A stretch of DNA of 64,000 bases from Botryllus schlosseri (taxonomy: Eukaryota): NCBI GenBank assembly GCA_051294905.1, contig CM119371.1, positions 7,380,001 through 7,444,000 on the forward strand, read 5' to 3'. Made by a program: the position numbers and the translations under genes. Of the stretch, positions 11,498-24,040 are shown in pieces. The number at the start of each line of letters is the position of its first letter. The first letter of the stretch is position 1. Below the pieces are notes generated by a model. It had not been told where the DNA came from. It worked only from the letters and a program-made list of their open reading frames with translations, and made no database searches.

Positions 11498-13120
11498 CTA
11501 TCTCTTCACAAATACGGAACCGTAAATTCGAAAACATTGCTCTACTTTTGGTTTCACTACAGTCCATTTGTCTTGTGATGTATCATACTTTTCAATTGCA
11601 TCAGAGGTTTCTCCATCTGTTACTGCAAAAATCCACTTGTCGATGTGATAAGCAGAAACTGGACCATGACGAGCATTCATAGAAGATAATGAAGTCCACT
11701 GAGCTGAAGTAACATCGTAACATTCCACGTTTTCGACTTGGTATCCTCCAGCACTCACCCCACCGATCACAAATATCTTCTGATCAATTGCAACAACACC
11801 ACTCTCATAAACAGGATATCTCATTGGTTCGAGATCAACCCACTCTGATGAATATGGAGTGAATCTGCTGAGTGATGAAACTATTACATGATCTTGCCCG
11901 ACACCACCGATACAATAGATGGAATCATTCAATGATACGAGACTTGTTGAACGAATTGCTGAAGGTTTGTCTTTTAGTTGAAACCATTGATTCGCGGGAG
12001 AAGTAAATATTTCTACATCTCTTGTTGCTTCAATATAACTTCCTCCAACAACGCATATTGATCCTGACAAAGAAACTGAGCGAGGCTCGATTCCATGCTC
12101 ACAAATCATATCTTTCATCCTTTCCCATTTTGAATTCTTGTTCTGAAAATAAAGACGATGGACTGATTTATTTAGACACAACAAGTAGATATGCGAGTCT
12201 AGAGGAATCGCCGAGAAATGTTTTAAAGTCGCAAACTTCTCATCATGAAACTTCTCTAATTTCTCAGTTACTGGATTGAAAGATCGGATGCAATCTGCCT
12301 GATCGTCAAAAAGAATTATCAATTCATCTTCGCTGATTTCTTGGTTTGTTTTCTGTGATGCTTTCAACAGATGACCATTGATCAACTTGTACAGTCCTAA
12401 GTCGTTACTGATAATTTGGTTGGATTCCAAAAGACGTTGTAAATATTCTGGGGAGACTTTCTCAAACTTGATCGCTTCAAGACATTCGCGCAAATGTTCC
12501 AGATTTTCGCGATTTTTCTCGATCCAATTGAACAATAACGTTAGTTTTTCTTCTTCGCATAATTTTGATTGTTCCAACTTCACAAAATTCCGGATGCTAG
12601 TTTTCTCAATATTTCCAAATTCGGGTTGGTTTGAAATTTCCATAATATTTTCATGAAAACATTCTCTACATCGCGTAGACACGGCATCCAGTCCATACAT
12701 ATCAGCGACATTTCTTGTGGAAAAGTAATTCTCTACATTAACAGATTCCTGCAAAACGTCAGATACTGCTTGTTTCACGTCTTCCAGCTGCATCATGATT
12801 GCGACATGAAGAAGATCATTCATTTTTTCATCGGGAATCTCAAATTTGCCCGAATATATGAAATCGATGCAGTTTTTCACACACTGAGAATCGACCTCTT
12901 GCAAAACAACTTTTCCTTCCCGAATCTCTTTAGTGTCGTGTTTCAACATAGCTTTGAAATAATCACAACCAGCCGACAATACATTTCTGTGAGTGTAATA
13001 GACATCATCTCCTACTTGAATTATGAAATCACAATGATCGTTTTCTTGCTTCATTCGATCTAATTCTTCCATCATCTTCACCGAATGTTTCTCTACATTT
13101 CGACACACAATCTGCACCAT
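11498..13120 (-). CDS. BTB-BACK-Kelch (KLHL-like) protein, copy K1, 540 aa, uninterrupted ORF
   Basis: BTB motifs CDFIIQVG..YTHRNVLSAGCDYFKAML and CIDFIYSGK; BACK region EEEKLTLLFNWI; Kelch blades IYCIGG..RFTPYSSEW and IFVIGG..VECYDVTSAQW. First ATG (MVQIV) is at 13120; the ORF track's extra MTI comes from a TTG start. Confidence 0.95.
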   Translation of the reverse strand: MVQIVCRNVEKHSVKMMEELDRMKQENDHCDFIIQVGDDVYYTHRNVLSAGCDYFKAMLKHDTKEIREGKVVLQEVDSQCVKNCIDFIYSGKFEIPDEKMNDLLHVAIMMQLEDVKQAVSDVLQESVNVENYFSTRNVADMYGLDAVSTRCRECFHENIMEISNQPEFGNIEKTSIRNFVKLEQSKLCEEEKLTLLFNWIEKNRENLEHLRECLEAIKFEKVSPEYLQRLLESNQIISNDLGLYKLINGHLLKASQKTNQEISEDELIILFDDQADCIRSFNPVTEKLEKFHDEKFATLKHFSAIPLDSHIYLLCLNKSVHRLYFQNKNSKWERMKDMICEHGIEPRSVSLSGSICVVGGSYIEATRDVEIFTSPANQWFQLKDKPSAIRSTSLVSLNDSIYCIGGVGQDHVIVSSLSRFTPYSSEWVDLEPMRYPVYESGVVAIDQKIFVIGGVSAGGYQVENVECYDVTSAQWTSLSSMNARHGPVSAYHIDKWIFAVTDGETSDAIEKYDTSQDKWTVVKPKVEQCFRIYGSVFVKR

Positions 13121-13578
13121 GATTGTCAATCAACTACAGTCCAATCCTACGATAATTATAATATAGTCAAGCACTGTTATTGAATTAAAGAGGATCAGTT
13201 TACTCGAGTAGCCTAATGCCTGTTGAAAGAATCACAATATCACAATAAACGTCACGAGTATGAATTGAAGAAAATTCAACTACACACAAGGTGAACACTG
13301 AACAGTGCGAAGTCAGAGACATCCCTGCCACAATGCAGTTATGAAAACTTCTTCCGTCGATTTGCCTTACGTTTTATCCGTTGTATTGACACGAAACCGA
13401 ATCGTTATAGCGGTCGATTACCACCACCTCGTGAATGATCGAGTTGATTATCCGTAATCTAAATTGTATTTTGGAACATCGGTAAATAGTTCTATACTGT
13501 GGTATAGTCCAGGGGCGACCGCATCTGTTTCATGCTCCAACCGAATATCACAAAGATTCTACAGGGTTGGTTCGATTA

Positions 13579-13750
13579 TGTTCACAATAAGAGCAAGTCT
13601 GTTCACAATAAGAGCAGTCTCATGTTCACAATAAGAGCAGTCATGTTCACAATAAGAGCAGTCATGTTCACAATAAGAACAGTCTCATGTTCACAATAAG
13701 AGCAGTCATGTTCACAATAAGAGCAGTCATGTTCACAATAATATTCACAA
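13579..13750. repeat. 21/23-bp minisatellite (TGTTCACAATAAGAGCAGTC[TC]A), about 8 units
   Basis: Head-to-tail units with no spacers. Confidence 0.92.
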
Positions 13751-14269
13751 TACACATACCAGACATGGTGTGTCCGAATTGTTTCTTGCTGTACATTTAT
13801 TATGGCTTCCATGTGCCATCAACCAGAGATGAGATAAGAGATGAAGCGGTCAAGCACGAGTGATGCGGTCACGCACAGTTGGGTAAGGCATGACGTCATA
13901 CCTTGCTACTTTACAGGGAAGCATCATCATAATACATACAATAACCCACGTAACATCCCTTTCTCAAAACATCACAAAATAATAGAAAACGAAGCGAACC
14001 GGAATAGGATATAAATTACAGCAACGAATCAAGTTGTAACATAGTCTTGCAAGTATGCTGGTCGAATTACTGTACGGCTTGGCCTGCTGCTACTGGAACC
14101 AGATAACGACCCATTAGTGTCGCTGTCAACCATCAACCAGAGATGAGATAAGAGATGAAGCGGTCAAGCACGAGTGATGCGGTCACGCACAGTTGGGTAA
14201 GGCATGACGTCATACCTTGCTACTTTACAGGGAAGCATCATCATAATACATACAATAACCCACGTAACA
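13579..14269 (-). mobile_element. Miniature (TRIM-like or internally deleted) LTR retroelement
   Basis: Identical 140-bp direct repeats at 13816-13955 and 14130-14269, starting TGTTAC on the minus strand; polypurine tract GAGAAAGGGA abutting the 3' LTR; AATAAA in the 3' LTR; TG...CA ends; near-TSD CGATTA / CGAATA. Confidence 0.75.
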
Positions 14270-14471
14270 CGAATAAGACACGATGTCCAAGAGTCAACGC
14301 TGTCCGAAACTCCGAACACACCCAGACATGATGACCAAAAACTGACAAATTTTTACATGAAAAAACTATATTTTAACGAAATCTGGCACGATGAGGAATT
14401 CCGGAGGTTACATCACGCATCATGGTAGAAATAATTCATCATGCCCCGGCCTGTGTTCAAATATCAAGTCT

Positions 14472-14680
14472 AGGGTGTGTTCATAAAATCATGTTTGCGG
14501 TGTCTTCGGACTGCGTTGACACTCGGACATCATGTCTGGGGCGTGGCGAGTTCGGATATCGTGTCTGGAGGATGTCTGGGGGGTATTCGGACACAATGTC
14601 TGGGGTGTGTCTGGGGTAAGGGTCGTTCGGACATCGTGTCTGGGGTGTGTTCGGACTGCGTGTACACTCGGACACCGCCA
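14472..14680. repeat. TCGGACA/TGTCTGGGG subterminal-repeat MITE fragment
   Basis: Multiple imperfect copies of ttcggaca..tgtctgggg; inverted counterpart at about 14278-14335. Confidence 0.5.
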
Positions 14681-15239
14681 CGCCGTTTTGTGCGGCCCGC
14701 GAGAGTCTAAATAAACTTTTTTTAAATTTTGATAAAATGCGTAGGCCTACTAAAAATCGAGTTAATGCAGGGCCTTGATTAACTTTTTCTTATTATATTT
14801 CACCATGATAATTCTAAGACAGAGCAAATTGACGGGTGAAAAACGGTGATTTCAGCTCTGAGCGAAAAGATGACCTTTTTTTTTTTTTTATAGTCATCCA
14901 CCTAGCAATGTGGGGAGAAAAGCGGTATTTTTAGTACTGAGCGGAAGCGATGAGCTTTTTTTTTTTTTAGTCATCCACCTAGCAATGTGGGGTGAAAAGC
15001 GGTATTTTTAGTTCTGAGCGGAAGAGATGAGCTTTTTTTTTTTTTTCAGTTAACCAGTCACAAAGTGGGTGAAATTAACCGGTTTTTGAGAATTCTACTC
15101 CGGTTTTGAAAGTTGGAAATTTATGAAAAAGTGTCCTCTTTTTAGATTTCCAAAATATGGTAAGCCTAATATAGTGCGGCCCGCGAATGAATTCAGATGT
15201 TGAATGCGGCCCGCGAGCTCAAAAGTTTGCCCACCCCTG

Positions 15240-15830
15240 ATATAGAGCGACCAATATCTTTTACCACTAAAGTAGAGGGGTGGCCAACAGTTTCGGCCAG
15301 AGGTCCAGATGCGATCTAAGAGCCTTTGCGCGATCCACTTGAATGTTGTTGACCTTTCAGACGTCCGATAGGAGTCAACCGGATTAGGTGACGGTGAAAA
15401 CAAAGACTTATCTGACTACGCATCAAAATCGGTACTTTCATGAAAGCTCCTAGCTGCGCGAGGGGATGAAAATTTCAAAGTTAATGGATGAATTCGGCTA
15501 ATTATACTGTACCTTGCATAGGCCTATATTGCGGGCCGTCTCTGTTAACCGCTTGGCACATTTGGCAAGGGCAAGGAAGTCGCATGTTGGACGACACGTT
15601 TTCTCATAATTGCGAATATATAGTTAGGCTCAATTCCGTATTCTGGGCGTATTTGGGGATACCCATGCTAAAAGCAGGAAATTAAGTGAAAATAAATCGC
15701 GCGAAGTGCTGAGAAAAGTCTAAAGTCAAATAAATCTGCCTCAATATATTCTACTTCATGGTGAGATACGCTGATCTACGAAAATTGTGACCGGCACGTG
15801 GCTTATACGCCGGCTATCCGACAGTCGTCG
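15240..15830. repeat. Displaced fragment of a type-B unit including the start of a hAT element (GGGTGGCCAAC)
   Basis: Matches 44565-45130 and 63580-64000, including the flank accaatatcttt..ccactaaag. Confidence 0.75.
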
Positions 15831-16058
15831 ACCATGTCCACATTCAAGTCGTAATACAAGCAATTTCTTCTAAATGAATACTAGCCAGTTTTCAGGATTA
15901 CCGGACCACGACATAACATATCAGCATCGCCCTTCGCCACATGCCACCTCATGTTGTCGCTTGCCTTTTATATTCTCTGTATTACTTTTCATTCAGTCTG
16001 CATGCCTCTTATTTATACTTCGCCTAGGCTAAGGTGGGTTTCTGATATTAAAGGCTAC

Positions 16059-16587
16059 CAGGGTTGAAACCAAGTCACAAGGCTCCGAGTCACAAGTCAA
16101 TTTCACTTTTATAATTTTGACTTGATTTTGACTCGAGTCATTTTCAACTCACCACCGAGTCAAGTCCGAGTCCAAGTCCAAGTCATCGATCAGAGGGTCG
16201 AGTCCGAGTCATGGTATTATGACTCGAGTCGAGTCCAAGTCAATACGTTGACTGCTCAGTTCCCAGCTAAAATCATGTTAAACTCACTTTTTATAACTCT
16301 GTTTGGTGATTTTGAATGGTTCGCATTTATAATATAGTGATTTTCCTCACTTTTAACAGGTTCTGATCGCATTCTCACGTGCTAGTACAAATATACGAAA
16401 TCCCAATAGGGTGGTTATACTTTACTTCTTCAAAATTACGCTAAAATATCGGTCTTGGCCGTCTGCGTCTCGAGTCATATGACTTGGTTCGAGTCATGCG
16501 CAATGACTCGAGTCAAGTCGAGTCATCAGAAAATCGTGACTCAAGTCTGACTCGAGTCGAGTCATGACTCGAGTCATTACAACCCTG
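16059..16587. mobile_element. hAT MITE, GACTC/GAGTC-rich family
   Basis: TIR CAGGGTTG / CAACCCTG; perfect TSD AAGGCTAC. Confidence 0.92.
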
Positions 16588-17080
16588 AAGGCTACTCCAA
16601 GTTGTTTCGACACCTTCCTATCTTTTCATTGTATCGCAGTCTTGTGATGCTTTAAAACGATGAAAATATTAATAAACCTGATTGATTGATGTCAAAAAGT
16701 GGAGATTATCTGCATCCACACTGTAAAATCTGCATTCACTGAGTACACTTTGTTTCTCATCTGTTGTTCATGTTCATACTTTGGTTGTTCTAAATCAGGG
16801 GCGGGCAACATACGGCCTGCAGACAGTTTCCAGTCGAATACGATAATGTGGTCGTTTTCGACCATGAACATTAGCCAACAAGACAAAGCCTCGTTCCAAT
16901 CAACCTTATGTTTACGTGCAGTCTCTACACAGGGTTGGTACGTCCAACATGCAGCCAGATAGTTCAAAGAACTTTCTCGACCACGGATTAATTTTAACAG
17001 CTACTGAATTACATTACGTTACTGAATTCATTGACTACTGTTTTTGGTGTCGATGCTTTACTCTCAAAGTTTATATTATG

Positions 17081-17522
17081 TAGGCTTACCAAATTTTGGA
17101 AATCTAAAAAGAGGACAATTTTTCAGAAAATTGCAACTTGCAAAACCAGAGTAGAATTCTCAAAAAACGGTGAATTTTTCCCACTTTGTGGTCGGTTGAC
17201 TAAAAAAAAGGTCTTCTTTTCTGCTCAGAACTCAAAATACCGTTTTTCTCCCCACATTAACAGGTGGATGACAAAAAAAAAGGGTCTCTTTTATTCGCTC
17301 AGAGCTAAAATAACCGTTTTTCACTCCGAAATACCCGCCGGAGCATCACTTCTGTGCTAATTTGCGGCATATCACTCGCAATTTGCTCTAAATCTTACCT
17401 GAATTTTCAAAAAAGAGGGCAAAATCTCGAAAAAAAGAGGACAAAAGGGCGTCCTCCGAGGACACTTTCAAAAAAGTCAAAACAGGACAAATCCTCTTAA
17501 AGGAGGAGGTATGGTAAGCCTA
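17081..17522. mobile_element. hAT MITE (TAGGCTTACC family)
   Basis: TIR TAGGCTTACC / GGTAAGCCTA; perfect TSD ATATTATG; empty site at about 60560. Confidence 0.92.
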
Positions 17523-17605
17523 ATATTATGTACGATTTGTTCCTTGTATAGATGGATAAAGACGCGATTGATGTATCGATTCAGAAATCCGGCACGCCAA
17601 GTATT

Positions 17606-18567
17606 GGGGAGATGTGGTACCGATGGATCAAAAATTTGAAAATGATCGCTGGCCCCAAAATGTGTAGCCGAAAACAGCAGGTCTTTTGCTGACTCAGCAC
17701 TTTGATACAAGCTCTACCTATCGTGCTCATATACATGAATATCCGTCTTTTCAAAAAATATTTATGGACGTTTAAAATTTGTTGCTCGAACGTGTCATCG
17801 GTCCCCACCCGGTGGGTCCAATGGCACACGACCCTGGGACCTTTGACACATATACCCGAAAAAACTCAGATGTGACAACTTTTCTTGCTCAGTATTATAA
17901 TCTAATTTACAGCAAGACAAAGAAGAATTTTCGGTCGCAACCGTCAAAAAATAGATTAAATATTGACTCAAATGTTGTCATAAAATCAGGTTTGGATTTA
18001 GGCTCGGACTTATAAATTTGAGGGTACATACATATTGCCCGAAAATCGACAGTGTGACTTCCAAAGACCTCGTTATAGCGATAAAACATCATATGCAATT
18101 ATTACATAAAGATTTTCTGTACGTAGTCATGTTTCATTTGTTTCGTGATTAGTATGCTTGATTATTTTGCTTGATTTGGCTATTGTATCATCGGTCCCCA
18201 CCCTACTAATTTTGTACATGAATCGAAAAAAAATCCACTCAAGGAAAGTACTGAAAAAAATAATAGGTTCCATTATATAGCCTGATACAAGCCCTAGACT
18301 TCACAATAAAAATGATTGCTGGTTTGTTCGTGTTGAAGGTTACAAAGAAAAATGTATATGTCGATCTAAATTTAGTTTTCACCCCCCAAAACAAAAAACA
18401 TCTGTGAGAGACCCCATAGTTCGCGCACGTCGAATTTTTTTGTATGTGTTGAAAGATGTTGCCAGCATGCAATTGTAGACAAGTTCACGGAGTGTAATCA
18501 TGGACTTATCATAGAGAATTTCCAAAGTATTTTCGGTCCCAGTGATCCATCGGTACCACATCTCCCC
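17606..18567. mobile_element. Non-autonomous DNA transposon with a 25-bp TIR and apparent TA target; superfamily unassigned
   Basis: GGGGAGATGTGGTACCGATGGATCA and its exact inverse; empty site gccaagtacttc at about 31558 and 60632. Confidence 0.85.
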
Positions 18568-20689
18568 TACTTCATTTTTCCAGATCCGGTCCGCCGAACG
18601 AAGAAGTTGCCCACCCCCGTTCTAAATGTACACCGCATAATAATCAGGTCGACAACTCGCTTGATTCACAATTTCATGCTTTCAACACAGTTTATTTTTA
18701 CAAACAGTAGCCTAGACGAGTAAGAAACCCAATTATACGTGATTCATTTCACAGGAAATTGTGAGAATTCACACATACGCAGTTGTGAGCAACAGATAGA
18801 ACGAAGACAGAGAGACATTAAATTCAAGCTTAACCTGAACACAGTCATGTCTTAGAATGTGCAACCTAAATTCCAGTTTCCCTAAAGAGACCGTGTTTCG
18901 GCTTCGGGAATAGTCAGAGTTAACATATCTGCAAAAAGCAGTGGTTCTTGTCCTTTTTCTAGCCATGGCCCAATTTCAATTTTGCAAATATGTCATAGCC
19001 CACCACTAGGCCTCAGTCTCCATTTAAGCGGATGCAATACGGCAGGTTTAGGCATTGAAGTTCATATGATCATATCAAATCATAGTTCGTTCTCATGAGC
19101 ACGATAATGGCAAATGTATGTATCGCAAGCTTGGACGTTTCAAACTATACAGTTCTTCTGTAGCCTTGATAAGAAAACTGAAAATTAGGGTGGAACATTT
19201 CCAAAATTATATTAGAATTAGAGCAAGAAACATTTCACAAATTAGATTAGAGTCAGATTACTGGCATCTTCCTCTGATTAGTCGAAGTAGACAACTAAAA
19301 ATATCCAGTTGTCCGAGTCTGTCTGGACCGTATCTGCCTTTTTGGGTCAATTGTTTGATTTGGGGGTCCGACTTGGATTATAAATTGATGCCTGCATTGC
19401 GCTTCGCCCGGTCACTAGATGTCGACAAAGTGAAAGAGGCACTTTTCGTAATGAGTTTTGAAATTTTGCCGGTGCCTGATTCTATCGTCGTGAGTCGAGA
19501 CAGCCTGTGACCCAGGAAGGTGATCTGGGGTTTGAATTTTATGAATTCTTCGTTTGATTGAGTCGTCAAATTCTTACTCGCTTTGGGACGTCGCGCAGGA
19601 CTGGGCCGGTTCACGTCCTCCTCGATCTGCAAAAAATAGCAGGGGGTCAGTCAATACTAGCAGTGGAATCACAAGATATTAAGGTATATTTCTGAGCCCG
19701 ATCCCGGGATTAATTCTATTGAAATCCCGAAATTTTGAGAAAGCTTCTACCAGACCTGATGTAGAGCTTACTTTGCTCTTAAGCAGCATTACAATATAAG
19801 CTGACAGTCTTGAACAGTCTACATTGCTGCGATAATAATACGAACTATGGAACAAAAATGAACTATGCCAGTGTCTACATCTTTTTCGAAATGGCTCACT
19901 ATTTTGTAGTATACGCAAAACTTGTCCAGTTCACCTTCACATAATACATCAAATCCATAGCAATCCTGATCGGAATAGGGATGGGTAAGGCTGCAACTCA
20001 TCGGAAATGCTAATGCTAAAAACTAATCGGCATTCGAGAGTGTTGGATCACGGTCTAACAGTGGTTTTCAACTGGGGTCGAGGAAACATTATAAGGAAAC
20101 CTCGAGCCGATTGATAAATACAATATTGGAAACTAGGGTAGATTATGTGAATCCATTTTGCCTCTAACTGCTAAAACTTCGTGGCTTACATAAGCCGAAT
20201 GACCGTTTGATACCAGATATCAAACTGTGCCAGCTCATTTTAATTGCCTGCAAGCCATTTAGTCAATGGGTAGACCTATTGTTACAAACATTTCGCTGTA
20301 TCGGGCTAAATTGTTGAGGTTTGTGGAAAAACTGCAAATTAGGAATGGAAAGGTCAATCAGAGCAACAATAATAAGAAACCGCCTAAACGATGATACTCT
20401 CAGTGTTTACATGATTTTACGTCGGTGTTACAATATATGTATGTGGCATGCATGTGTGTTTTTCTATTTCGCTAATCCTGCGATTTCAATTTTGATCACG
20501 AAATCCCAACCCTAGTCAATACACCCACGCAGGGGGACTCCCCATCTTCCGTGGGTCCCGCACTTATTTTGGTATCCTATCTTGAAAAAAAGATTGCGCA
20601 TATGATAGGAATCTGAACTTGTACTATTCAAAGTTCTTCAAGCAGGTTTCGTCTACTTCTACAACTACCTGAAGTGGTTAGTTTTTATT

Positions 20690-21430
20690 ATCGAATGTAA
20701 ACATGGAATGGCAATGATAGATTTTGCAGCAGCGAATGTAGGATTTCTGGCAATCCAAAAGTTATCTTCCAGAGAGAGCGCAGATTTTACTGAATCTGGT
20801 CTTGATCGAAAGCTACTGTCGCAATGAATCCGGAAATATAAATTAAAATATTATGAGGCACTGAGTCACCCAGAATTCACCCTCCAAGTCTGAATTATCG
20901 GCATTGTCCGAACAATGTAAGAACCGCAATCAATCTTCCCTCTAATTTTTGACGAGTCTGCGCACACTCACGAAATCACTGCGCAGACCCTAGCACAACG
21001 GTGCGTAACGACTAAAAAAAGGTCATCATTTCGGATTTTTTGTGAACAACTTGGATTTTCCGTGCGCAGTGACCGTTTCTACACTGCGCATTTGCGCAGC
21101 TTAGAGAGAACATGGGTCGCAATGGGTCATTGTTATGATCATCGTTTTTCGGTCATTCGATTGTTCTGAATAATGCAGATTATAAATGTTGAGGTTGGTT
21201 TTTCATCCAAGTAGGGAGTCTGGCCATATTTTCATTTATATTTTCAGAATCAGTGCGACAGTAGCTTTCGATCGAGGCCAGATTCAATAAATTCTGTGCT
21301 CTGGAAGATAACTATTGGATTGGTAGAAATCCTACAGTCGATGCCGCCAATTAAGACCGAATGAAGCCTCAGCGAAGCAGAACCAAGCTGCAAAACCGGT
21401 CGTTGCCATTCCATGTTTACATCCGATAGT
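20690..21430. repeat. Long imperfect inverted repeat (foldback remnant)
   Basis: 20690-20830 is the reverse complement of about 21247-21430 (for example gatcgaaagctactgtcgca / tgcgacagtagctttcgatc). Confidence 0.75.
20931..21115. mobile_element. Small hAT MITE
   Basis: Termini CAATCTTCCCTCTAA / TTAGAGAGAACATGG; near-TSD ACCGCAAT / GTCGCAAT; internal TGCGCA repeats. Confidence 0.7.
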
Positions 21431-23463
21431 TTTTCTACTCTTGCACTTCTACTTTTTTGAAACAAAACTAGTTGCTTGCTACACTTTGGATTTCGCAAAG
21501 TGGAGAGTAGTTTAGTGATACTTGCAATTCTTATTTGATTGATAACGATTTCAAACTACTTCCATTTCTACATAAGTTTTTAGGAAAAACTACTCGCATA
21601 TTATAGTAGATAGTAGTTTTGTGATGGTTTTGCAACTTGCGTGATAACAATTTTAAACTACTTCCAGCTACAGTTTTTCGACAAAACAAAGCCTAGAAAA
21701 CACTTACGGTACTTTTTCACATATCTGGAAATCACGATTTCTATTTGTACTTCAGTCGAAATTTCAACGCTACTTCTCCTTTTATTTGAGCACCGATGAT
21801 GAACACTTTGATTAGCTCTGCTGCTGGAACACAACGATGTCGATTCACCCCCAACCCAACCTTCACTCACATTTGTCACCCACCTTATTAAATCAGGATC
21901 AACCGACTTTTCCTGCACACACATGAGCCAGCGGTGGGACCTGGGGCGCTTTCTGGCAGATCACTCCCGCTGATGGGCTGACCTTCGACCAGTTACTCGA
22001 CGGGCCGGAAATCCAACCCGAACGAGGCGGACGCTGGAATAAAACGGGGTCCGTTTTTTATGTCAAGAGGAAGCAAATTGTGACAGAGACTCGATTAAAA
22101 TTATAATTGTAACTACACAGTTATTTCCAAATTAGATTAAAATAACAACAATAGCTATACATTTTTTCCATATGAGATTAGAATTAGATCTACCCAGTGT
22201 TTTCCAAATCAGACTAGAATTACAGAATTTGCAAAAACTTGGACATGGAATGAAGTTCAGTTCATATCAAATCAAGTATGAGAATGGTAAATGTGAAGAC
22301 ACCAAATTTGGCTCGATTCAGGTGACACAGACACGTGACAAGAGAATGGATTAGAAATAAATTGAGAGAACAGCAACATTTCTCAAATGAGATTAAAATT
22401 ACAATTAGAGCAAAGAAACATTTCACAAATCAGAATAGAATTAGATTTCCGGCATTTCGCTATAATTACCTTAGTCTCATCACACAACTAGAATTACTGT
22501 AACTAGTTGTCCAAGTCTGTACAGAGGTAGTCAGTAGCCTAACAAAATACTTCTGCTTTTTCGAAATACTCTAGTAGTTTTCCTTTACTTGCATCACTTA
22601 CTTCACTAAATTAAATTTTATGCTACTTTTACTCAGTCACATTTCTAACTCACCTACCTTTCGCTAATCACAGTTTGTCAAGTAGAAGTGTTAAGTTCTT
22701 CCAATAAGGGAGATAGAGTGACAAAGATGGAGAAATTCAGGTGCTGCTTTTGCGAAGAACCCTGACTTTTTGTCGTGCTTTGCGCGAATATTCGGGGCGA
22801 CCAATATCATTCCGCCAAAGTATGGGTCAATAAAATTGATGTTGCAGTTTGCGTGGTTCATGTGCGTAATTTCAGGTCGCCTACAGTTGCCCATATGGCA
22901 GTTTCATCACAGTAAGCTTAACTAAAGTGCAGCAAAATGTTTGGAATTATAGGACCGGCCTTATTTCAGTTTGCGTCCTATTAGCTCAAAACATCAAGGT
23001 AGTGTCCTGGTAGAATTTATCCACATCGGTCATTGTCTTATTAACTAAAGACATTGCAATACGACTGACGGCGTCATACCATCACATTTTCTGAAAGGAG
23101 GCACTAGGGTGTGAAAAGTGAACCACTGTTCTATAGCAATGGCGTCATCTGTAGGCTATCAAATGATAGATCGAATCCTCATGCTGTTAAAACAGATATC
23201 TCCGGGATGTAGCAACACGAACCAACCTCTCTGCACCGTCAGTTTCCATGTTTCGAGAGTGTAGTTATGACGGATTTTCAAAACTGCTAACATAATTCAG
23301 TAGTTTCAAAAGACAGCAAATTCAACTCCTTCCTGAAGTAGGCCAGTTCTGGGTTACTTGGAACAGCACTACTCCTACTCATACTTGAGTGAAATATGCA
23401 TCACTACTTCTACTCGAGTAGTCTTCTTGACTACTTTGACAACTTCTGTTCATGCATGTGAAC

Positions 23464-24040
23464 TAGGGTTGTTTTTCGGATTCTTGGGATTCACTGATTA
23501 CATTGCAAACTTGCCTAAAAAAGGCTGCGCGCCAAATTTGGCTCGATTCCAACCAGCTGAATTTAAGTTTTTGAGTTTATTAAAAAAAAAATGATTTTTT
23601 TCTAATTTGACTGCCAACCCAATGAAATTGTCGAGTTGCCTAAAAAAACGACGCATAACAATTTTTGCTCCCTTCCAACCGGTAGAAGCGAGGTTAATGC
23701 AGTTGAAGGTTTTAGATTTGCAAAAATAGTATTTATGGTGGGTAATCACAGAATTATTGATGAAAAACTCAATTAACTTCTCTTCTACGGGCTGAAATTG
23801 CGTCAAATTTGTTTTGCAACGTTTTCGTAGACAACTCAACCAGTTCATGAGATTCACAGCAGAAAATCGAAAAAAAAAAAAATTTAAATTTTTCTAATAA
23901 ATGATAAATTTCAATTGACTATGCCTCGACTTCTACTGGTAGGAATTGAGCCAAATTTGGTGTGCTGCGTTTTTTTACGCAAACTAACATTTTAATCAGC
24001 GAATCCTCGGGATACGGAAAAGTTATTGTGAACAACTCTA
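23464..24040. mobile_element. Palindromic MITE (TAGGGTTGTT family), shared by type-B units
   Basis: Termini TAGGGTTGTT / AACAACTCTA with internal inverted arms; same site at about 35205-35765 and partial at about 45920-46275. Confidence 0.72.

Larger units (their letters stand above)
2560..13560. repeat. Segmental duplication unit 1 (type A) containing K1
   Basis: Non-coding blocks such as agagaggtgacccatttatggatgttac, ggtcactagatgtcgacaaa and gattgcaatccactgtaac recur in the same order at about 51990-59000. Boundaries approximate. Confidence 0.8.
16796..18619 (+). mobile_element. hAT element with a transposase C-terminal remnant and two nested MITEs
   Basis: Termini CAGGGGCGGGCAAC / GTTGCCCACCCCCG; perfect TSD TTCTAAAT; partial paralogous copies at about 31196 and 60490-60689. 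Confidence 0.85.

Noticed and set aside
12022..13063. Plus-strand ORFs overlapping the Kelch genes (also 29143, 29499, 40719, 50045)
   Set aside because: These are antisense shadow frames; their recurrence simply follows the paralogy.
13121..13129. MTI N-terminal extension on K1, K3 and K4
   Set aside because: It depends on a TTG start, is absent in K2, and a shared ATG follows.
13579..13750. CRISPR-like array, or the 69-aa repetitive ORF at 13603-13812
   Set aside because: Units are head-to-tail with no unique spacers, no cas genes are present and the context is eukaryotic; the ORF is just the translated minisatellite.
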